In this document: positions 57,866 through 64,000 of the stretch, one piece after another
Numbering within the stretch: position 1 is the first letter of the stretch
Layout of the letters: each line of letters starts with the position of its first letter
Origin: an uncultured delta proteobacterium
GTDB taxonomy: Bacteria > Desulfobacterota > RBG-13-43-22
Length of the DNA: 64,000 nucleotides
Reading direction: 5' to 3'
Assembly (NCBI GenBank): GCA_963802945.1
Contig: CAWDKY010000014.1
Coordinates: 32,001-96,000 of the forward strand
Program-made: the position numbers and the translations under genes
Notes under the pieces: generated by a model
Database searches by the model: none
Told to the model about the DNA's origin: nothing
What the model saw: only the letters and a program-made list of their open reading frames with translations

Positions 57866-58264
57866 ATGGGCATGACCGATCCCATTGCCGATATGCTGAC
57901 CCAAATGAGAAATGGCAGTTCAGCCAAATTCAGCAAAGTGGATATCCCTGCTTCCAAGATTAAAATACATATCGCCCGGATATTGAAAGATGAGGGATAT
58001 ATCAAAAATTTTAAGGTCATTAAGGACAATCGCCAAGGGTTGCTTCGCCTTTATCTGAAGTATGACGAAAAAAACCAGCAAGTCCTTTCCAACATCCGAA
58101 GGATCAGCCGCCCCAGCCGGCGTCATTATGCCAAAAAAGATAATATCCCCAAGGTATTGAATGGGATGGGCTTATCCATTTTATCCACGTCCAAAGGGGT
58201 AATGACCGAGCGGGAAGCCCGAAAACACGGGGTGGGCGGCGAAATTATCTGTACGGTCTGGTAG
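57866..58264 (+). CDS. rpsH: 30S ribosomal protein S8
   Basis: DPIADMLT, STSKG, GGE. Confidence 0.98.
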   Translation: MGMTDPIADMLTQMRNGSSAKFSKVDIPASKIKIHIARILKDEGYIKNFKVIKDNRQGLLRLYLKYDEKNQQVLSNIRRISRPSRRHYAKKDNIPKVLNGMGLSILSTSKGVMTEREARKHGVGGEIICTVW

Positions 58265-58293
58265 ATTGCCAATAGGTTATTTAGGAGGAAGAT

Positions 58294-58833
58294 ATGTCAC
58301 GGGTTGGAAAAAAACCCATTCCGATACCCAATGCAGTAAAGGTTGTGTTGACCAGTGAGGGGGTAACGGTAAAAGGCCCTAAGGGGGAGTTAAACCGTAG
58401 TATGCCTCCCCAATTGTCTATAACAGTGGAAGGGAACCAGGTCCTCATTCACCCTCAGGATGACAGCCAAAAAGTCAGGGCCTTGTTCGGATTATTTCGG
58501 ACCCTGGTGGCCAATATGGTCAAAGGAGTGGCCGAAGGGTTTGAACGGGTTTTAGAGATTCAGGGTGTAGGGTATCGAGCGGAAATTCAAGGCAGCCAAC
58601 TGGTATTGAATCTCGGATATTCTCATCCCGTTCCCTTTCAATTGCCGAAAGGGATTTCCGCCCAGGTGGAAAAACAAACCCGGGTTATTCTCAGCGGCAT
58701 CGACCGTGATCTTTTAGGATTGACGGCTGCCCGAATTCGGAGATTCAGACCACCGGAACCCTATAAGGGTAAGGGAATAAGATATCAGGAAGAAAAGATC
58801 CGCAGGAAGGTCGGGAAAACCGGCGCAAAATAA
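58294..58833 (+). CDS. rplF: 50S ribosomal protein L6
   Basis: SRVGKKP, PEPYKGKG. Confidence 0.98.
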   Translation: MSRVGKKPIPIPNAVKVVLTSEGVTVKGPKGELNRSMPPQLSITVEGNQVLIHPQDDSQKVRALFGLFRTLVANMVKGVAEGFERVLEIQGVGYRAEIQGSQLVLNLGYSHPVPFQLPKGISAQVEKQTRVILSGIDRDLLGLTAARIRRFRPPEPYKGKGIRYQEEKIRRKVGKTGAK

Positions 58834-58847
58834 TAAAAGAGGAAAAT

Positions 58848-59213
58848 ATGGAATCCGTAAAGAAAAAAAAATTGGCCCATCTGAAAAGAAAAAGACGGGT
58901 CAGGAAAAAAATCTGGAGCAGTGAAACAAGACCCCGGCTTTCTGTTTTCCGCAGTGCGCGTAACATATATGCCCAGATTATTGTCGATACGACCGGACAA
59001 ACCCTGGTCCAGGTCTCTAGTTTGAGCCCGGAAATCAGAGCAATCAAGGTCCCCGGGAAGGTGGCGGTGTCCCAAAAGGTGGGGACCCTTCTGGCCCAAA
59101 AGGCCATGGAGAAAGGGATTAAAAAAGTGGTTTTTGATCGAAACGGTTTTTTGTATCACGGCCGGATCAAGGCCGTGTCAATAGCCGCCCGGGAAGCCGG
59201 GTTGGAGTTCTAA
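58848..59213 (+). CDS. rplR: 50S ribosomal protein L18
   Basis: RPRLSVFRS, FDRNGFLYHGR. Confidence 0.98.
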   Translation: MESVKKKKLAHLKRKRRVRKKIWSSETRPRLSVFRSARNIYAQIIVDTTGQTLVQVSSLSPEIRAIKVPGKVAVSQKVGTLLAQKAMEKGIKKVVFDRNGFLYHGRIKAVSIAAREAGLEF

Positions 59214-59225
59214 GAGGGGACGATA

Positions 59226-59723
59226 TTGGCAGACTACAATTCAAAGGATAATCAATTAATCAACAAGGTGGTTCATATCAGCCGGGTAGCCAAAGTGGTT
59301 AAAGGGGGCCGGCGTTTCAGCTTCAGCGCCCTGGCTGTAGTCGGAGATGGAAATGGAAAAGTGGGGGCTGGTTTAGGCAAGGCCAATGAAGTCCCTGAAG
59401 CCATCCGTAAGGCCATGGAAAAGGCCAAAAGAGAGATGAAAGAATTCGCCTTAATGGATCAAACCATTCCTCATGAGGTCGTCGGTTGCTTCGGGGCAGG
59501 ACGTGTTTTGCTTAAACCGGCTTCGAAGGGAACAGGAATTATTGCCGGCGGGGCCGTTCGGGCGGTTATGGAGGCCGTAGGGGTGCAGAACATTTTAACC
59601 AAATGCTTAGGATCTAATAATCCTCACAATGTGATCCGGGCTACGCTTGAAGGTTTGAAAAATCTGAACAGCCCTGAAATGATCGCCCAAAAAAGAGGCA
59701 AAACCGTGGCGGAAATCAGGTAA
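59226..59723 (+). CDS. rpsE: 30S ribosomal protein S5
   Basis: [19 protein letters not shown]. Confidence 0.98.
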   Translation: MADYNSKDNQLINKVVHISRVAKVVKGGRRFSFSALAVVGDGNGKVGAGLGKANEVPEAIRKAMEKAKREMKEFALMDQTIPHEVVGCFGAGRVLLKPASKGTGIIAGGAVRAVMEAVGVQNILTKCLGSNNPHNVIRATLEGLKNLNSPEMIAQKRGKTVAEIR

Positions 59724-59728
59724 CCCCT

Positions 59729-59911
59729 ATGAAAAAGAAGATGATACAAATTACGTTACGCAAAAGCGGAATCGGCCGGCCGCCTAAGCATCGTCGAACC
59801 CTCGGGAGTTTAGGGTTGACTAAAATGAATAAGACCATAACCCGTCAAGATACACCGGAATTGCGAGGGATGATTCGCCAAATCTCCCATCTGGTGGAAG
59901 TTAAAGAATGA
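59729..59911 (+). CDS. rpmD: 50S ribosomal protein L30
   Basis: ITLRKSGIGR, LGL, RGMI. Confidence 0.95.
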   Translation: MKKKMIQITLRKSGIGRPPKHRRTLGSLGLTKMNKTITRQDTPELRGMIRQISHLVEVKE

Positions 59912-59956
59912 TGAATTTGTTAAAAGTCATCAAAGAGTGAGAATGGAGTTGCAGGG

Positions 59957-60424
59957 ATGGATCCAAAGCCAAAAGGCACGACATATCATTTGGGAAATTT
60001 ATCGCCGGCCCCCGGTTCCAGAACAAAACCTAAACGGATTGGCCGGGGAATAGGCTCCGGGCATGGGAAAACCGCCACCCGGGGAACCAAAGGCCAGAAG
60101 TCGAGGTCCGGAGGAGGGGTTCGACCGGGGTTTGAAGGGGGGCAAATGCCTATCCAAAGAAGGCTCCCTAAGCGGGGTTTTAAACCTATAAGCAGAATTT
60201 CCTTTACCCTGATAAATATCCGAGATCTCCAATCGTTCGCCAGCGGATCTACGGTGGATGTGCCGGCCCTGATCCAGAAGGGGGTCATTCGGCACCTAAA
60301 AGATTCGGTAAAACTTTTAGGACACGGAGAGGTTCAAATCCCTCTGTTTGTTAAGGTCAATAAATGCAGTCAGGGGGCAAGACAGAAGATTGAAGCTGTC
60401 GGAGGAACGGTAGAGGTAATTTAG
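59957..60424 (+). CDS. rplO: 50S ribosomal protein L15
   Basis: GRGIGSGHGKT, GFEGGQMP. Confidence 0.98.
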   Translation: MDPKPKGTTYHLGNLSPAPGSRTKPKRIGRGIGSGHGKTATRGTKGQKSRSGGGVRPGFEGGQMPIQRRLPKRGFKPISRISFTLINIRDLQSFASGSTVDVPALIQKGVIRHLKDSVKLLGHGEVQIPLFVKVNKCSQGARQKIEAVGGTVEVI

Positions 60425-60636
60425 ATTTTAACTTCAGATTACGAAATTTTAACAAACCGATTGTGACATGAAATAACTGAAATAATAAGGTTCCTGGTTA
60501 CGAGTTACGGATCCATGAAGCGAATGACTTTTCTTGAGAACCCCCAACACGCAACTCGTAACAATGGACAAGTGAGATGTAATCTCAAAAAATCAATCGA
60601 TACGGACTTAAAGACCAAGATAAGAGAAAACAAACA

Positions 60637-61947
60637 ATGATCGGCGGCTTCCAAAATATTACCAAGATTCCTGAACTAAAGAAAAAGATCTGGTTTTCCC
60701 TGGCCATGTTGGCCATCTATCGGGTGGGAGTGCATATCCCTGCTCCGGGTATCGATGCCGTGGCTTTGGCGGCCTTCTTCAAAAGGGCCCAGGGAACCCT
60801 GTTCGGCCTTTTTGATATGTTTTCCGGTGGTGCCCTTGAGCATATGTCTGTCTTTGCCCTGGGGATTATGCCTTATATCAGTTCTTCAATTATCCTGGAC
60901 CTCTTAACCGTAGTCATTCCTTACTTGGATAAATTAAAAAAGGAAGGGGAAGCCGGCCGAAAAAAGATTACCCAATATGCCCGCTATGGGACCGTTGTCC
61001 TTTCCCTTTTTCAGGGTTTTGGGATTGCCGTCGGGATGGAGAATATGTCCGGGCCTGGCGGGGCTCCGGTGGTTGTTCAAGCCGGTTGGGCTTTCCGTTT
61101 AATGACTATGATCACCCTCACTTCCGGTACGGCCTTTATCATGTGGCTGGGGGAACAGATCACCGAACGGGGAATAGGCAACGGGATTTCTTTGATTATC
61201 TTTGCCGGTATTGTGGCCCGCCTGCCAAGCGCCCTATCCGCTACCTGGCAATTAGTGCGGACCGGCGAGATAAATTTTGTCTTTATTTTATTAATAGGGG
61301 TGTTGGCTGTCGCCGTGATCGGGTTTATTGTTTTTGTCGAACGGGGGCAGCGCAGGATCCCGGTTCAATATGCCAAGCGGGTAGTGGGCCGAAAGATTTA
61401 TGGGGGGCAAAGCACGCATCTTCCTCTGAAGATCAATACTTCGGGGGTCATACCGCCCATCTTTGCCTCTTCGATTCTTATGTTTCCGGCCACGATAACC
61501 CAGTTCGTCCAGATCCAGTGGCTGAGCCAGTTCTTCAGTAAATATATGCATGGGGGGAGTTTGCTCTATGCTCTGATTTATGTCGGATTTATTTTTTTCT
61601 TTTGTTATTTTTACACCGCGGTGACCTTCAACCCGGTCGACGTGGCCGATAATATGAAAAAATACGGCGGGTATATTCCGGGAATCCGGCCCGGCAAGCG
61701 AACCGCGGATTATATTGACAGGATATTGACCCGCATCACTTTCGGCGGGGCCATTTATGTATCAGCGGTTTGCATTTTACCTCAAATATTGATTTATCGT
61801 TTCAAGTTACCTTTTTATTTTGGAGGAACAGCCCTGCTGATTGTGGTCGGGGTGGCCATTGATACCATGGCTCAGATCGAATCGCATATGCTGACTCGTC
61901 ATTACGAAGGGTTTATGAAAAAAGGGATAGGTAGAATTAGGAGGTAG
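60637..61947 (+). CDS. secY: Preprotein translocase SecY
   Basis: LGIMPYI, WLGEQITERGIGNG, IPGIRPG. Confidence 0.99.
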   Translation: MIGGFQNITKIPELKKKIWFSLAMLAIYRVGVHIPAPGIDAVALAAFFKRAQGTLFGLFDMFSGGALEHMSVFALGIMPYISSSIILDLLTVVIPYLDKLKKEGEAGRKKITQYARYGTVVLSLFQGFGIAVGMENMSGPGGAPVVVQAGWAFRLMTMITLTSGTAFIMWLGEQITERGIGNGISLIIFAGIVARLPSALSATWQLVRTGEINFVFILLIGVLAVAVIGFIVFVERGQRRIPVQYAKRVVGRKIYGGQSTHLPLKINTSGVIPPIFASSILMFPATITQFVQIQWLSQFFSKYMHGGSLLYALIYVGFIFFFCYFYTAVTFNPVDVADNMKKYGGYIPGIRPGKRTADYIDRILTRITFGGAIYVSAVCILPQILIYRFKLPFYFGGTALLIVVGVAIDTMAQIESHMLTRHYEGFMKKGIGRIRR

Positions 61948-61964
61948 TCTTAAACAACCAAAGA

Positions 61965-62053
61965 TGATGGACTCGTAAAAAGTCATCAAATAGTATACGG
62001 CACAGTAAAAAGCTATCCCGCCAAAAGCGGGACAGATGGACTTTTTACGAAGC
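61965..62053. repeat. REP-like inverted repeat in the secY-adk spacer
   Basis: TCGTAAAAAGTC ... GACTTTTTACGA arms; a degenerate half copy GATGAATTTGTTAAAAGTCATC lies near 59910. Confidence 0.7.
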
Positions 62054-62070
62054 TGCCAAGGAGGAGATAA

Positions 62071-62712
62071 ATGAATTTAGTTTTATTGGGACCACCGGGG
62101 GCCGGCAAAGGGACCCAGGCCAAGATGATGATCGATCATTATGGGATCCCTCAAATTTCAACCGGTGATATATTAAGAGCGGCCTTGAAAGAGAGAACTT
62201 CTTTGGGATTAAAGGCCAAAGAATATATGGATAAAGGGCTTTTGGTTCCTGATGAAGTGGTTATTGATATCATCAAGGATCGGCTAAAAGAAGACGATTG
62301 CCAGAATGGATACATACTGGACGGATTTCCCCGCACCGTTGCCCAGGCCCAGGCCTTGGACAGGGTGCTGGCGGCTATGAATTCGGGAATTGATCATGTT
62401 ATTTCCATTGAAGTGGAAAAAGGGGAATTGATCAAACGTCTGACCGGACGGCGGACTTGTCGTCAATGCGGTCGGGGATATCACGTCATTTTTGATCCCC
62501 CGCTGAACAAGGATCTCTGCGACAAATGCCAGGGTGAACTCTATCAACGGGATGATGATAACGAAGATACGGTCCGGAATCGTTTGGAGGTTTATGATTC
62601 GCAGACCTTCCCTCTCATCCAATTTTATAAAGAGAAAGGTCTGGTCCGATCGATTGATGGGCAGGGCGGAATTCAACAGATTTTCGACAGGATTGTTAAA
62701 GCTCTTTCGTAA
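62071..62712 (+). CDS. adk: Adenylate kinase (Zn-lid type)
   Basis: GPPGAGKGT, LDGFPRT, CRQC...CDKC lid. Confidence 0.98.
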   Translation: MNLVLLGPPGAGKGTQAKMMIDHYGIPQISTGDILRAALKERTSLGLKAKEYMDKGLLVPDEVVIDIIKDRLKEDDCQNGYILDGFPRTVAQAQALDRVLAAMNSGIDHVISIEVEKGELIKRLTGRRTCRQCGRGYHVIFDPPLNKDLCDKCQGELYQRDDDNEDTVRNRLEVYDSQTFPLIQFYKEKGLVRSIDGQGGIQQIFDRIVKALS

Positions 62713-62715
62713 GGT

Positions 62716-63489
62716 TTGAAGATGATCTTCCTGAAATCCCCGGAGGAGATCGAAAAAATGAGTGCCTCGGGGAAATTGGTGGCTGAAATTCTTCTGGAGA
62801 TCCGAAATCGGATCAAACCAGGGGTGACTTCTCAGGAATTGGACCAGTTGGCCACCCGACTTTCTCTAAAAAAAAAGGCCCGCCCGGCATTTAAAGGATA
62901 TCACGGATTTCCTTTCAGTTTGTGTGTTTCGGTCAACGAAGAAGTTGTTCATGGCTTTCCGTCCGGGCGGAGACTGGTGGACGGAGACATTGTCAGTTTG
63001 GATTTCGGTGTTTACCTGGATGGTTATTACGGAGACGCAGCCTTGACCCAGGCTGTAGGACAGACAACGCCTCAGGCTGAAAAATTGATTAGAGTCACCA
63101 GAGAAGCGCTGTTTAAGGGCCTGGACCAGGTACGAGCCGGAAGGCGGGTGGGAGATATCTCTTTTGCCGTTCAACAATATGTCGAGAGTCACAAATTTTC
63201 AGTGGTTCGTCAGTTCGTCGGACACGGCATAGGCAAGTCCCTTCACGAAGACCCTCAGGTCCCCAATTTTGGAGAAGAAGGCCGGGGGATTCTCTTAAAA
63301 CCGGGAATGGTTTTGGCCATAGAACCTATGGTCAATGCCGGGAGCAGTGAAGTGGAAATCAAAGCCGACGGCTGGACGGCGGTCACCAAAGACAGAAGTC
63401 TATCAGCCCACTTTGAGCATACGATAGCCATAACGGAGAATGGCTCTCGGATTTTAACTCAGGCCGGTAACGGGGCACCTCTTTTTTAG
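62716..63489 (+). CDS. map: Methionine aminopeptidase type I
   Basis: [26 protein letters not shown]. Confidence 0.98.
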   Translation: MKMIFLKSPEEIEKMSASGKLVAEILLEIRNRIKPGVTSQELDQLATRLSLKKKARPAFKGYHGFPFSLCVSVNEEVVHGFPSGRRLVDGDIVSLDFGVYLDGYYGDAALTQAVGQTTPQAEKLIRVTREALFKGLDQVRAGRRVGDISFAVQQYVESHKFSVVRQFVGHGIGKSLHEDPQVPNFGEEGRGILLKPGMVLAIEPMVNAGSSEVEIKADGWTAVTKDRSLSAHFEHTIAITENGSRILTQAGNGAPLF

Positions 63490-63494
63490 AAATT

Positions 63495-63713
63495 ATGCCC
63501 AAAGAAGACGCTATTGAAGTGGAAGGCACGGTAGTTGAAACTCTGCCGAATGCTATGTTCAGAGTAACACTGGATAATGGGCATCGGGTCCTGGCCCATA
63601 TATCAGGGAAAATGCGTATGCATTTTATAAAAATTTTACCGGGAGATCGGGTGACGTTGGAACTGTCGCCTTATGATTTTAACCGGGGTCGAATAACGTA
63701 CAGAGCAAAATAA
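63495..63713 (+). CDS. infA: Translation initiation factor IF-1
   Basis: [23 protein letters not shown]. Confidence 0.98.
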   Translation: MPKEDAIEVEGTVVETLPNAMFRVTLDNGHRVLAHISGKMRMHFIKILPGDRVTLELSPYDFNRGRITYRAK

Positions 63714-63818
63714 AAAATAGGAGTCAAGGAGTTAAGGATTCAAGTAAAAGGATTAGATTAAGAAGTAATTCACTTGAATTCTCGGATCCTTAACTCCTCG
63801 ATCCCTTTGAGGTTTATC

Positions 63819-63932
63819 ATGAAAGTAAAGGCATCCGTAAAAAAGATCTGCAGTAAATGCAAAATAATTCGGCGCAGAGGGGTTGTGCGGGTGTTATGCG
63901 ACAATCCTAAACACAAACAACGCCAGGGATAA
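63819..63932 (+). CDS. rpmJ: 50S ribosomal protein L36
   Basis: Hand-translated [37 protein letters not shown]. Confidence 0.96.
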   Translation: MKVKASVKKICSKCKIIRRRGVVRVLCDNPKHKQRQG

Positions 63933-63948
63933 GAAGGGGAGGACTGGT

Positions 63949-64000
63949 TTGGCCAGAATAGCGGGAATTGATTTACCGAAAAATAAAAGGATAGAAGTGG
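63949..64000 (+). CDS. rpsM: 30S ribosomal protein S13, 5' fragment
   Basis: TTG start, ARIAGIDLPKNKRIEV; runs off the window. Confidence 0.9.
   Translation, partial: MARIAGIDLPKNKRIEV

Overview
Bacterial chromosome segment. Gene content and protein sequences suggest an anaerobic Desulfobacterota ('deltaproteobacterial') organism; this taxon call is inference. 1-8.5 kb is an accessory island. It holds the 3' end of an IS110-family transposase with a structured 3' non-coding end (candidate bridge/seek RNA), an operon of ABC SBP, SET-domain protein, permease, ATPase, a truncated nucleosidase and a large nucleosidase-domain protein, and a divergent type II-like restriction-modification module with an HTH gene. 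9-32 kb holds mixed metabolic and signalling genes: FAD oxidoreductase, phosphotriesterase-like cluster, two-component/sigma54 cluster, ssb, hemA-ccsA-sirC, RNase G, tRNA-Val/Asp, MoxR/VWA, YyaL and DUF169. 32.4-64 kb is the core translation/transcription supercluster: tRNAs, tuf, rpmG, secE, nusG, rplKAJL, rpoBC, rpsLG, fusA, tuf, S10/spc genes, secY, adk, map, infA, rpmJ and the start of rpsM. Single-base frameshifts, including in the essential genes rplJ and rpoC, point to sequencing/assembly indels. Most intriguing: (i) the ABC/SET/nucleosidase operon, (ii) the duplicated-loop RNA at the IS110 end, (iii) about 15 intergenic hairpins made of 7-8-nt periodic repeats with a shared architecture but different unit sequences, and (iv) a dispersed 19-bp mini-hairpin.
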